DNA of 64,000 nt from Antechinus flavipes (Eukaryota). The position numbers and the translations under genes were made by a program. The stretch spans positions 109,182,001-109,246,000 of the forward strand of contig NC_067401.1 in the NCBI RefSeq assembly GCF_016432865.1, in the 5' to 3' direction. The notes beneath the pieces are model-generated. The model was given only the letters and a program-made list of their open reading frames with translations, was not told the origin of the DNA and searched no databases. This document shows, piece after piece, positions 1 through 14,200 of this stretch (its first letter is position 1; the number at the start of each line of letters is the position of its first letter).

Positions 1-827
1 TGCCTCCCGAGCTCAATCCTGCCCTGGCACCGTGCCTGGCCGAAGTCTGGCCATCGCTTCCAGGAGGGAGGGCAGGGAGACGTGGCACTGACAAAGCAAG
101 GTCATGGCTCTGTCCTGAGCTGCCCCCAGCGCAGGGAAAGCAGCCCGGGCAGAAGGAGGCCCTGGGGGCCCTCAGGGAGCCCTTGGTTCGAGGGCCACGC
201 CAGGACACGGGGACAGAGAGCAAGGGCAGGCGAGTCAGCCGGACATGGGACTGCAGGCGTGAATGGGGCTGGGGGAAAGCCAGATGGCCGGTGGTGGTGG
301 GCACGGCATGGCGTCCAGATAGACCTTCGATTGTCTGACTTCCCACTCTGAGGCACAATCATAAAAATAGCCGACAGGCGTATTGTTTTGGGGTTTACAA
401 AACATCTTTCATAGTCGGGGCAGACGTCAGTCTGGAGTGCAGAGGAGGGTAATCATGGTGGCTGACACTTATACAGCCCCTACTGTATACCAGGCCCGGA
501 CCCAGTGCAAAGGGTTCACAAATATCACCTTGTTTTATCTTTGCAACAACCCTGTATTGTTAGCAGCAGTGTATCGCCGGTGTTATTATTCTCACCACAT
601 CACAGAACCTGAGGCAGAGAGATGTTAAAAAGTAGGAATTCAGATTTGAATTCAGGTCATCCTGACTCCAGGCCCATTGCTCTATAAAGTGCACTGTCCA
701 TTTCCCTCTTGGGTATCCTGGATAAAGACTCAGATACTGGGGGGAAGGCAACCCAGGGAAATGGGGCACTAGGAGAGAGGGGAGTCCTTCTGGCACGGCC
801 CTGATGCCCCTTCCCCCATGCCCACAG

Positions 828-1139
828 TGTGCCCGTGTGCCAGGGGCCTGGCTTGCACCCCAAGGGGCGAGTGCTGCCATCCCGAGTGCTTGGGAGGATG
901 CAGCCGGCCCAGCGACCCCCAGGCCTGCGTGGCCTGCCGGCACTTCCATTTTGGAGGCACTTGCCACTCTGCCTGTCCCCGGGGCACCTACCAGTACGAG
1001 GCTTGGCGCTGTGTGACCGCCGAGTACTGCGCCAGCCTCAGGGCGCTGCCCGACCTGCCCGGCGGGGCTCCGACTTCGTCATCCACCAGGGCAGCTGCTT
1101 GGCCCAGTGCCCTCCAGGCTACACCCACAATGATAGCAG
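828..1139 (+). CDS. INSRR: INSRR exon 3 (Cys-rich domain), apparent 1-nt deletion near 1040-1070
   Basis: cccacag|TGTGCCCG...GATAGCAG|gtgagt. CPCARGLAC...[10 protein letters not shown] reads in one frame and [24 protein letters not shown] in another; 312 bp present, phases need 313. Confidence 0.9.
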
Positions 1140-4100
1140 GTGAGTCCTGGATCCCCGAGGGGACGCCCCCCAAGTATTCAGGGGAGAGGGACCGTGGGGA
1201 TGAGACTGAGGCATCCAAGGACAGGACCAAAGATGAGATGTCTACATGGAAGGGCTCACGTCAGTGAGGAGGAACGCAGGGGGCGATGGGAACAGTAAGA
1301 AGGGTCTCTGGGGTAGGGGCAAGAGCATCCTAGAAATCAGAGCCAGCTCTGGGGATGGGAGGATGGGAGCCCAGCCTCATCTGGGGGAGGGGGACCCCGA
1401 GGAGCTCACCATCTCCCCCTCTCTCTTTCCTCCTGCAGCATCTTCTGCCATAAGTGTGAGGGGTTGTGCCCCAAGGAGTGTAAGGTGGGCACCAAGACCA
1501 TAGACTCTCTCCAGGCAGCCCAGGAGCTCATAGGCTGCACCCATTTGAAGGGCAGCCTGATCCTTAACCTGCGTCAAGGCTGTTAGTATGCCCTAGTTCC
1601 CACCCCTCCTCCTGCCCCCGGGGCCCATTCTGAAGCCTCCTTCTTGTAAGTGGGGTCTCGATCCCTGCGTAATTCCTCTCAGACCCCCCCCAATTTCTCA
1701 GCCCTCCAATCAGTCAATAAGCACTTATTGGGTACCTCCCGTCTGCCAGTAAAGCCCTGTAAAAACAGGGATGCCTGATTTCCTCCCTTTCTCCCCCCTT
1801 GTCCCGCCTTGAGCTGAACCCTCCCCCTCTCTGATCAGATAACTTAGAAACAGAACTACAGCGAAGTCTGGGCCTGGTGGAAACCATCACTGGCTTCCTC
1901 AAAATCAAACACTCCTTTGCCCTCATCTCCCTGGGATTCTTCAGGAACCTCAAACTCATCCGGGGAGACTCCATGGTGGATGGGTAAGCGGGGGTGGGTG
2001 GGATCCTGGTGGTCACCTCCTCCCCAAAGCCTCCCATCTGCCCCGGGAGGGAGCCAGGGCGGGAACTGCCATCTTGAATAGACAGTGAGGAACATTCAAA
2101 GAGCGGCGGCAGGTCCCGAAGGCATGTGTCTGGAGGATGCTCAGAGCCCACACAATGACTTCTCAGACAGGGGCCTTAGCCAGACATCAGGGGAAGAAGC
2201 AGCTTATCCCATCCCCAGATATTGGTGCCCGGGGGCAGATCCTTACTTGCCTTTCCTGTTACACCCTCATCTCTCTCAGTCCGTTACCTATGAAAGCCGG
2301 GGTGACCGTGCTCCCCTGCCCCCCTGCTCCCTCTAGTATCCCTGCCCCCGTCAGGTCCCCACAAGCAGGTTCCGTGTCCACCTTATGCCAGCCGGGCTCT
2401 CCACGCCTCGGGTTCCAGACCCAGACCCCAGGCCTCTCTCCCCAGGAACTATACGCTCTATGTGTTGGACAATCAGAACCTACAGCAGCTGGGGGAGTGG
2501 GCAGAGGCCGGGCTGTCCATCCCCGTGGGGAAGATTTATTTTGCCTTCAATCCACGTCTCTGCCTGGAACACATCTACCAGCTTGAGGAGGTGACGGGAA
2601 CGAGGGGCCGGCAGAACAAGGCTGAGATCAATCCTCGAACCAATGGAGACCGAGCGGCCTGTGAGGGAGACATGTCCCCGGGGGGCAAGCATGGGATGGG
2701 GAGCCTCGGGAAGGTCAGGGGCGGGATTAGGGGAGCAGCCTAGATGGGGAAAGTGAGTTTGGGCATATGGGGAGAAAGTTAGGGCTGAGGGTGGGTTGGG
2801 ATTGTAGCAGTATCACAAGAACTAGAGATAAAAGGGATTTTTAGAGTCCGTTCTGATCCAGTCCTCCCATAAGTAAATAACAAAGATAAGGCTTCAGATA
2901 AGAGACTTATTCAAGATTTGTAGGGTAAGCAGCCAGTAAGTGAAGGAGCTTGGAATCCTCCCTAACCCCAGATCAAATGCTCTTTCAACTACTGTCAGAT
3001 CAAGGTGGACAATGCAGGATGGGAAGGGCAGACATAAAGGCAAGATGGGGAACAGACGAGAGCTCAGCCTAGGGAGATAGCATAAGGAAAGGGTTAGAGA
3101 CCTGGAGGTTGGTATTGAGTGGGGGTTTGAGAGTGGGAGAGATGGGGAGAACCAGAAACGAGGGAAGGTTAGGAATAAGGGATGGCTTGAGGGCAAGGAT
3201 TGGGAGATAGATAAAGGAATTTACTCTCATCTGGGACCCTCTTCTTTTCTATTATAGGATCATAGGCTAATAAATATAGAACTTTATGGGATCTAAGAGA
3301 CTTAGGATCCAGACCCCATTCATCAAGAGGTCCATGGAGAGATTTCAGAAAGATTCAGAGAGATTCACTAATCTCAATGGGAAAAAAATATATCATTATT
3401 TTCACTACCTTCTAATTAAAATTTAGAATTTCTTTCAATTATTAAAAAAAAAGTTATCCTTAGAAGGGAGTCTTAGGTTCCACCATATTTCCTTTGGCAA
3501 GATTAAATCCCCAGATAGTCATATTACAGGTGAGAAAACTGAGGCCTCCGAGAGGTTTTCATCTGTCCAAGGTCTCTCATGTTGAATAACTAGCAAAGCC
3601 GGGATCATCTCAGGTCTTCAGACTGTTTGTCCATGTGACGTGTGTGATGGTGATCAGGAAACTAGGGTCTAAATCTTGGCTCTCATGCTTACTCAGTGTG
3701 ATCCTGAATAAGTCATTCAACCCCTCTGATAACAGGCTGCTCATCTAAAAATGAGGAATAATGTATGATCTTGTTAGGGACATAACAATTGTGAAGAAAG
3801 TTGTTTGTAAGCCTGAAAATGCTATATAAATGTGAGTTACCATTAATGAGTGCTGTATTGATGCAGAAAGGGCTATTACACAAATAGTTTTGAAATTTAG
3901 CCAACAACAACAACAAAAATAGGTCATGTCAGATAGAATTCTAAAGAAATAAGGCAGGTAGGTGAAACAATATAAACAGAGCTCGGAGTCTAGAGTCAGG
4001 AAGACCTTAATTCAAATCCAGCCTCAGAAACCGATTAGCTGTGTGGCTTTGAGCAAGTCACTTAACCTCAGTTTCCTCATCTGTAAAATGGGAATAGTAA

Positions 4101-7100
4101 TAGCACTTACCTCCTAGGATTGTTGTGAGGATGAAATAAGATAATATTTGTAAAGCACTTAGCACAGTGCCTGGCAACTATATAAATGTTAGCTCTCATT
4201 AATATTAACTTCCAGTTATATGGTATTTCCAGGCTGACAAAACCTGAACTTATACCCCCAACAAGATCATATATTATTAGATGAGGAATCTGTCATCAGA
4301 AGGATTGAATGACTTATCCAAGGTCACACAGTCAGTAAGCATCAGAGCCAAGATTTAAATACTGGTTTCCTAATCACCATCACCCAGAACTGCTCCCTTA
4401 TACCCAGGCTGTGGAGCAGAGAGGTAAGCATCCAGCCTGATACTACCATCCCTCACCATTTTCTTCAGGCAAGACCCGACCTCTCCGGTTTGTCTCCAAT
4501 GTGACAGAATCAGATCGGATCCTCCTTCGCTGGGAGCGCTATGAGCCCCTAGAAGCTCGAGACCTCCTGAGTTTCATCGTTTACTACAAGGAATCGTGAG
4601 TGTGTGTGAGGCGGAATGGGAAAGGAGGGATTCTGGAGGAATATGTAGGAGCCAGGGGCTATATTCCTTTTAAATTATTAGTTAGGACATTTTTTTCATC
4701 TACTGACAGCTTAGATTTCTTCCTATGAAAATAACTGACATATCCTTTGTCCATTTATCAATTGGGAAATAACTCTTCTTTTAAATTTGAACCGTCCTGG
4801 CTCTGCATTCCTCATAGTGGCCAGTATTTTGGCCAAGAAAGAGAAAATTAAAGTGAGAAGAAAGGAGAGTCGGGGGAGAAAAGATCATTCTTAGGGGAAA
4901 CATGGTGGTAGTGAAGAAAATAAGGTTTTTTTCAGTTATTTAGGGCACCATCGGCCCCCATAAAAGAGAAAGGGATGGACCCAATGGGGAAAGAGAGAGC
5001 ATTTGGAATCAAATAATCCTGGTCCAAATTTTGGGTGTACGTGACCTAAAGCAAATACTTCCCATTTTTGAGTGTTCCAATTAGTTCTAAGGTCCTTTCG
5101 ACCTCAAAACATCATGTGCTAAGATTCCAGAACATTGAGGTCTCCCTCCCTAGCAGCCAAATATGTCCATTTCATTCAATTCAACAAGCATTTATTAAGC
5201 ACATTTATTCATTTTATTAATATCAATCTAGTTTATTGGTTTATTATGTGTTAATATTAAGCAAATCTATTAGTTTATTAATTATATTTATGTATTCATA
5301 TGTCAAGTAATATGCTATGTTTTGGGGATACAAAAGTGAAATAAGATACAATCCCTTCCTTCAAAGAACTTACTGTCTAGAAAAAAGTATAACATAGTTA
5401 AGTATTGTATAAAGTAGAACATTCAAAGGGAAGATCCAGACAGAATGATCTAGGAAAATTTGATGAAGACCTTACTTTTATTTGAGGGACAAGGGATGGG
5501 ACTTATTCCTTAACTTCTGGGGCATTCCCTTCCTCATCTGTAAAATGAAAGGATTGGACCAAAAAACCTTTCTAGCAGCTCAGACGCTATGGCTCTAGAA
5601 CATCCTCACTCTCTTTTCTTTCATTCCTAATGCTACACACCCAAATCCAACTTATTGGTTGGATTTTATTTTAGCCTTTAGTCACTGGGGACTAAAAATT
5701 CTTGAGCACAGAAGTAAACCAGTCACACGTGTCTTAGGAAGAAGAGTACATGGAGACAGGGAGATCAGTTAAAAAACTATGTTGTTGTTATTCAGTCATG
5801 TTCAGCTCTTCAGGTACCTCATGAATTAAAGCACAACAGGCCATTTATCTCTCAAAGATTGTCCAAGATCATGTTCATTGCTTCTAATGACATTCTCTAT
5901 TTCTGCCATCTCCTTTTCCTTTTGCCTTCAATCTTTCTCAACATCCGAGTCTTTTTCAATGAATTTTATCTTTTCACTATGTGACCACAGTATTTAAGCT
6001 TCAGCTTCAGTATTTGACCTTCTAGCTAACGAATTTAATTTCTTTATTAATTTCTTTAAGTATTAATTGATTTTACCTCCTTGCTGTCTGATGAACTCTT
6101 AGTGATTATTACAAAAATTTATGGGATTATCGACTACAGAGGTGACAGTAGAAGTGAACCCAGTATGCATGAAGATACAATGATAGATCTTAGCAATATA
6201 GTGGACATATGGAGGGAGGAAAAGAATCAATAAATCAACATTTATTAAGTGCCTGCTATGTATAGTGCCCGCTAAGACTTGGAGATCTTCTAATCCATTT
6301 TATAGATCAGGAAACTAAGGCCAAAAAACTGACATGATGCATTTGCCATGTGCTAAGTGCTGGGAATACAAAAAAGACACAGTTTTCAAGCTTGAGAGGA
6401 CTGGGAGAACAAATGGTTACCATCATTATCAATAGAAGAGTTTGGAAGAGGGCTGAGTGTAATAGAAAAGTAGATAAAATCAGTTCTAGGGATATCTTGA
6501 ATTTAAGGTCATGGTGGGATACCCATGGAAGTGCCCAAATGAGTTCAAATCTGGCTTCAGACACTTATAAGCTGTATGACCCTATACAAGTCACTTAATC
6601 CTATTTGCCTATAAGCTGGAGAAGGAAATGGAAAGCTACTCCAGGATCTTTACCAAGAAAACCCCAAATGGGGCGACAGGGAATTGGACAAAATTGAAAT
6701 GACTGAAAAACACAAAAATATAGATTTGAGAGATAGCTCCATGAAGGTGAGAATTGAAACCATAGGAGTAGATTCAATCGACAAAGAAAAAAGTAGAGAA
6801 AGTAGAGAAGCTCCAGAACCAAGTCTTGGAGTAGAGCCAAGATTAGAGAGAAAAAAAAGATAATGAATTGTTGAAGGAGTATGAGAAGGAACAGTGAGAT
6901 GTTTAGAAGGAGAACCTGGTGGAGAGAGAAGTAACATGCAAGTTCAGAAGGAGGAAATAGTGTCAGAGGCTGTAGGAAGACACAAAAGGATAAGAACTTT
7001 TAAAAATGCTGTTATTTAAGAGTTCAGAGATTGCTGGCAATCTTTGAGAGAAAAGTTTCAGGACAGAATTGGGATGGAGAGTCAGCTCAAAAAATTAAAA

Positions 7101-10100
7101 AGTTAGTAAGTGGTAAGGAAATAGAGGAAGCACCTACCATGTGTCAGGCACTGTGTTAAGTATTATGAAATACAAACAAAGGCCAAAAAAAACCACAAAA
7201 AAGTCTTTGTCTTTGAGGAGCTCACAGTCTAATGGGGGAATTCACCATTTAATGGAATCTCAAAGTTGAAGTCTTCTAATCTAAGCATTAGCTAGACAAT
7301 GAGCTACATTAGAAAGAAAAGACCCCCTTTGCTTTCTGGGGCAGTCCATTTCACTTATAACACTTGCTATTAGGAAGATTTTCCTCACATTCATCTTGAA
7401 ATTCTCCCTTTGCACACTCTATCCCTTGCTTCTAGTTTTGTTCTATGGAGTCAAACAGGACAAATTTCATCCTTCTACATGGCAACCCTTCAAATACTTA
7501 CAAAGATCAAATGAGATAATATTTGTAAAGCACTTGATCACTTAGTGATCAAGACAGTAGGTGTTTAATAATGTTTATTATTCTTCAAAGATGATCATCA
7601 TTCTTCTCATCTCCCCAGTAAGTCTGTTTTCCAAAGTAAACTTGATCTCTGGTTCCTTCAACTGTTCCTCATATGACAAGGAACAAGGAGCCAGGGTATC
7701 TGGTTAATAAGTGACAACAAGGTCTTTGGACAAGGTACTATAACTACATGGTATGAACTTCAGGGGAAAAGTCTCTGAACTGAGAGTGTCTTGATCCTCT
7801 TTCTTTGGGCAGTTTCCTCCTTCTACTTTTCTCCATCCTTCTCCCCATGTCTCTCTGCATCTCAGAACAGATACAGCCTTAGGGATGCTTTCTAAGAGGC
7901 AGAGCTGTCAGTAGGAATAAGTTCCTTGTCAACAGAGATCTTCAAGGGAAGGCTGAATGACCATTTCATAAGATCATAGCTTTTGGGCTGGAAAGGGCCT
8001 TAGAGATCTTCGAATCCATTTTACAGATCAGGAAACTAAGGCCAAAAAAGTTACATGATGCATTTGCCAAGGTTACATAGTAAGTAGAAGAACTGAGGTT
8101 CTCCTGCTCTCATGCCTTCAGATCCCATTTTCCACTCACTGTACCAGGGGATTTGTTACCAGGGATATTATAGAAGAAATGTTTTTTTTTGGGAGGGAGT
8201 ACAGGACCATGAAGATAACCTTCACGGTACTCTCCATTTCTAAGATTCCATGATTCAGTTTGCCATTCTAAGGAAAGTTTTTCGGAGGAGTTTATGGTCA
8301 GTCAAGGGAGGAATAGGCAGCAGCCTGGGCTGGGAAGTCATAGAGATTGATTAAGTCTTCCTTCACTTTGTTAATGACTCTTAATGACCAAACACCTCCT
8401 GCCCCCAGCTGTGGTCTGAAGACCAACCACTAATTTGGCTAGTTTTATTAGCATCTCTGCCAGCAGTTCATTAGACTCTAGACAGGAAGGCTGGAGGAAG
8501 AGGGGGTTAAGGAACAGCTGTTCTTCTTTCTGTGGTGCACAAGAACTGACCCCAAAACAGGAGGTCAGGCGACAGGAAGGATTTCCTTGTCAGGGATAAG
8601 AGATGTGAAAAATGATGATTCAGGAGAAAAGAAAAATACCCCATAGGACTAGGGAAAGGAAAAATGAGGAGTTGGGAGTAGGGGAAGCATGATATAGTGG
8701 AGAACAATGACTTTGAAGTCAGAGGACATCAATTTGAATCCTGATTGCCTTACTGTGACCTTGGAAATAGTATTCAAATTGTCTGAACTTTGGTTTCCTG
8801 ATCTGTAAAATGAAAGGACAAAGCTGTGATGTATAAGAGAATGTCCAGAATCCCAGAGCTGGAAGGGACTTTAGAGGGCATCTCTTCCAATCCAAGGCAA
8901 GAAGCCTTTCAGCAGTATTCCTTACAGATGCTGATTCAGCCCATTCTTGAACACTTTCAATAAAGGGTAGTTTAGATTTACTTTAGATTGCCATCCTATT
9001 GATGGACAGCTTTGATTGTTCATCCCTCTTTTTACTGTGCCAGCCTAGCCATTTCAGGTGTTCTGGCTAGGTCATTCGAAGGACAAGACTATTTTCCTTA
9101 GGTTTCTCCCTGCCACCTCTCGATCTCTCCTTTGTTCTGTCTCTGCACAATATAGTAAAAAGTCTGGAAACCGTATCATGTGAGGATCAGTTGAACGAAT
9201 TGACCCGGTGAGAAGTGGGCAGCAAAGGGCTACCATAGTGCACAGACCACCAGTGGACCAGGAGTCAGGAAAACCTGAATTCAAATCTAGCCTCAGACAC
9301 TTACTACCCGTGTGACCCAGTCACTTAACTGTTTGCCTCTGTTTCTTTATCTGTAAAATGATCTGGAGAAGGGAATGGCAAACCAATCCTGTACCTTTGC
9401 AAAGAAAACCCCAAATGGGGTCACAGAAAGTTGGACAGGGTTGAAATGGCTGAAGAACATGGGAAGGGGATTGACATGATAACAGTCTGAGTATTTGAGA
9501 GACTCATGAAGGAGCTCATCTTCCTTGGCCACAGGAGGCAGAGCAAGAGATAGGGGAATGTTCTCACAGTCAAAGCTGTGTGACAATGAAATGAGTTGCT
9601 TCAAATGAGCCCTCCATCTCTTTATCATTCAAAGAAATATATATTTGAGACCCAATCATATGCAAGGTTGCTGAATCATAGCTAGAATTCATATAGCACT
9701 TTGAGCTTTGCAAAGCAGTTTACAAAGGCTATTTCACTTGATCTTCACAACAACCCTCCCTGGGAGGAAGATGCTCTTATTATTCCTACTTTACAGATGA
9801 GGAAACTGAGATAGACAGCAATTAAGTAACTTACCCAGAGTCACACAATTAATAAATGTCTGAGGCCAGATTTAACTCAGCTCTTCCTGATTCTGGTCCA
9901 CCAAGACAGGAAAGTATGGTTCATTATCCATTTTCTAGGAACAGAACTGGTCATTGCAATTAATCAGAGTTGAGTTGCTTCTTAGCATTGTTTTCCTTTC
10001 CATTAAGTTCTGCTGGTTCTCTCTAGTTCCCTTTTCATCAATTCATACAAGTTTTTCTTAGGCAATAATATTTCATGACATGCTGATACCGCGAATGTTC

Positions 10101-11228
10101 AGCTGCATGTTTCCTAATCAATGGATACCAACTTTGTTTCCTGCTTTTCATTACCGCAAAAAGTGCTGTCGCTAACATTTTGATACAAGGGGTTTTTCTT
10201 GCTGGAGTTGGCTCCCTTGGGGCTGTATACCCAGTAGTGGGACTTCTGGATCAGAGGATTGACAGTTTATCTAGTCTTCTCAGATGATTCCTCATTTTTT
10301 TCTCTGAACCCTACCACCTTCCCTCTTTTTTTCTCCTCTGTCTTCTTTCTTTTACCGGGCTTTTGTCCCTGGTTTCAATCTTTTTCTTTTTGTTGCCTTA
10401 GAATCTTTATCTCCCTGGATTCTTAGTGGGATCAATTCCTTTTTTGTTATAATAATAGCTTTTTATTTTTCCCCAAAAATGCAAAAATAATTTTCATCAT
10501 TCACCCTTGCAAAACCTTCTGTTTCAAATTTTTCTCCCTCCTCCCTAGACAGCAAGTAATCCAATATAGGCTAAACATGTGCAATTCTTTTAAACATATT
10601 TCCACATTTATCATGCTGCACTAGAAAAAAGCCAATCCAAAGGGGGGAGGATGAGAAAAAACAAGCAAACAGCAACAAGAATAAAAAGGTAAAAGTACTA
10701 TAATGTGAACCACATTCAGTCCCCAGAATCCTGTCTCTGGATGCAGATGACTCTCTCCATCACAATAAGTCTATTGGAATTGACCTGAAACTATCTAGGA
10801 ATTCTGTGTCTTCTCTAACAGTCATGAGAAGAGAGAAGCCTTCTTAGCTTAGTCTTGTCTTTGGTCATGGTTTTTGGTCGTGTCTCCAAGGCCTGCTCCC
10901 CAGAAATAAGCTTGAGTGCTAGCTTATTTCCTCAAGGATTGGAAGGAAAGGGGTCCATCTGTCTCCAGCATGTTCTCTCCCAGTCTTCTCTCTACACAAC
11001 TTTTCTTTCCTCAGATCTTGGGTTGGATAAAAGCCTTAGATTATTAGAGTTGTTCAAAACAAAGATGGATTGTACTCACTAAAGTGACAAAATCAGAGAT
11101 TCTCAGAAGTGGAAAGAACCTCAGAGATCATCTGTATTTGAGCATAAATGGCCTTTATAAAATCCTTCTAGTCATCCAGCCTCCACTTAAAGATGTTCTG
11201 TCAGCACTGGAAGGGACACTAGAGATGA

Positions 11229-11275
<47 letters not shown>

Positions 11276-14200
11276 AACTAACATTTATATGGCACTTATT
11301 CCAAGTTTATTCTAAATGCTTTACAATTATTATTTAATTTGATCCTCACAACAATCCGGGAGGTAGATGCTATTATTGTCTCAAATATACAAATGAGGAA
11401 AATGAGGCAGAAGTTGTTAAGGTCACACAGCTAAGAAGTATCTAAGGCCAGATTTGAACCCACTCTAAGTGCGCTAACTACTGTGTTATCACTAGAGATT
11501 ACAGTCCCATTTCATTGATAAAGAAACTGAGGACTGACAAGGGATAGTGATTTATTCAAAGTTATTCCTAAAGTTAGTGGCAGAGTTGTACTAAACCCCA
11601 AGTATCCTGACTCATCCCACCTGGCTTTATCCACTGAGATAAACTTCTTGTAGAGAAAGGGGTCTCTAGTAGGAAAAAAAATCTAGTAAAGGAAATTGGT
11701 GTGTTGTAAATCTCACCTTTGACTTTTTTTCTTTCTTTCTTTTGTTGAGGGTGACATCCCATTTTCGTTTTGGATGGCTCTAATTGCTAATTAGGTTTCT
11801 ATTAGATTGAGCTTTTAAAAACAGATCTTGTAGCTTTCATCCAGTGTTCCTCTAGTTCTGCCTTGGAGGACAGAAAAACTAATTATTCTTTCAAAAGATA
11901 ATTCAATTCAGTTCAATCAACAAAGTATGTAGTGAGGTACTATCCTTCAAATGTGTGAAGATGGCTATCAAGGGTACCCCTGTAGAATTAAACTGTAGGG
12001 TCCCAATTATCCTTTCTTTGAAATCAAAGAAATGCATTCACCCCAAATCTAAAGTTTGCCTCAAATAGCCAGTTTTCCCTTCCTAATCTGCTATGAATTT
12101 TAAGAAAGAGGAATCACTCCCGCCTAAGGTTCCTATCATTTCCATTGCTGTAGCTAGTTCCTCTTGAGTGATCGGAATGAGGCTCAACATAACAGCAGTT
12201 CTTTCTATTTTCTATTTACCCTACATCATGAAGAATTACTGGATGCTCCATTTAAAAAATTTTTTTTTACTTATTTATTTGTTTTTGCTGAGGCAATTAG
12301 GGTTAAGTGACTTGCCCAGAGTCCCACAGCTAGGAAGTGTTAAGTGTCTGAGATCATATTTGAACTCAGAACTCCTTACTTCAGAGCTGGTGCTCTATCC
12401 ACTGCACCACCTAGCTATCCCTTGGCTGTTCCGTTTTTTAAAAATAGAGATGGAGCTCCAGCAGATGCTCAGATAGCTAAGCTCCTCCCCTTTATTATAT
12501 CACGTTTCCATACTGAGTTTGTCGTTTGTTTCCTGAACACGCCATCCATTTCCTCCTTCTTGGCAGGCAGTTCTTAGAACATTTCCCTTACAGTGTCACT
12601 TCTGCTCCTCCTTCCATTGATCCTTATCCAACTGATATTGACCAGGTTTCCCTGAAACTACTCTGCTTCTCCACTGCCCACTTGAAGAATTTTCTCACAT
12701 GAGTCTATCTTTGTGGTATATAATACTGCTCCAACCCCGTCTTATCTACTTTTTCCCCTTGAGTAAGATAAAATCTTTTATTCTACTAAGTCATATCCCT
12801 TCTGTCTCGGCAATGTCTAGGAAATCAAATTTATCTAATTAAAATCTCCCATTTTAATCTCTTTTTTGCTACTATTCAGTACTCCCTTTGTATTCACCAA
12901 TATCTCCCCTGCCAAAATCACTGGAATATAACTCCTTCCAAAATCCTTCTACTATTGCCAACACTTGTAAAGAAATGCCTTAGGTGCATAGACCTTCCCT
13001 TGAATCTCCACCAAACTTTAGACCCAGTTTGCATTATTATACTGGTTGCCATCCTAAGCACAGCCATCACCAGGATGCCAAGAGCATCTCCATCTCCCTG
13101 GATACCCTACCCCTGAGCATCCCTTCAACTCTTCTCATTCCCAGACACAAGGGTCCTGAGGAGGTTGAATTCTATGTTTCCTTGGGCATTTAAAGAAAAG
13201 AAGGCACAAAATTATAATGATAAGTTGATGCAGTGGCAAGAATTTTGGCAGATTTGGGTTGAAATACCAAGTTCAGCATTTAATAATTGCCCCATTTTTT
13301 AAAGAGCTCCAGCAGATGCCCAGATAGTTAAAACCTCCCCATCTACGTGACTATATCGTGTTTCCATGACAAGTTTGTCATTCATTTTTTTGAACACATC
13401 ATCCATTTTCTTCTTCTTGGCAGATGGTTCTTAGAACATTCCCCTTACAATATCACTTCTGCTTCTCCCTCTACTGGTCCTCATCTAGCTGATATCAGTA
13501 AGGCTTCCTGATGTGTTAGCCTTTGTCAAGTTAGCTGTGTGACTCCTATGAGCCTGGGTTGTCTATCTGTACAACAGGGTAATAATCTTCAGACCATTCA
13601 CCTCACAAAGTGGTTGTTATAGAAAGGCTTGTTGCATGCTCAGATTTGTAAAGAAGCAGAACTGCTAGCTGAGGGGATATACCATGGGAAAAGCACTTTT
13701 CAAATTTTGCTCTACAAAGTTACTCTACAAGACAATCATTGAGACTCCCATCAAAAGTTGTAGGCAGAATCTTTGACCTTAGGCACGGACAAGGGAGATT
13801 TGGTCTCTTTACCCTCTACTACAAGGGAGATGTGATGGGGGGAAGCTGACCCCTGGGAGCCATGTCCCTGCCCTCCCTCTTCTATCTCTTGATTTCCCTG
13901 GTCTCCTTCATGCTTCAATTTAAATCTCACCTTCTACAGGAGGCCTTTCTGTGTCCCCCCAGCTGCTAATGCCTTTCCCTTTTAGATTACTTTCCAGCTC
14001 CTCTGGATATATCCCATATGCATTTAGTTATTTACATGTTATCTCTCTCATTAGAATATGCTCCTTGAGGGCCAAGATTGTTTACTTGGAATAAAATTGT
14101 ATTAATATCTAGTTTTATATAGCCTTAATTTACCCATTGTCCTCTTCCTCTTCACTTCCAGATAATTTTAACATGTAACAAAAAATTGTTTTAAGAGAGA

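Noticed and set aside
1-820. INSRR exon 2 or another gene in the GC-rich start of the window
   Set aside because: No frame gives L1-domain sequence; it reads as intron 2 with a MIR-like remnant.
11231-11275. Poly-Asp ORF
   Set aside because: It is an intronic (GAT)n microsatellite.
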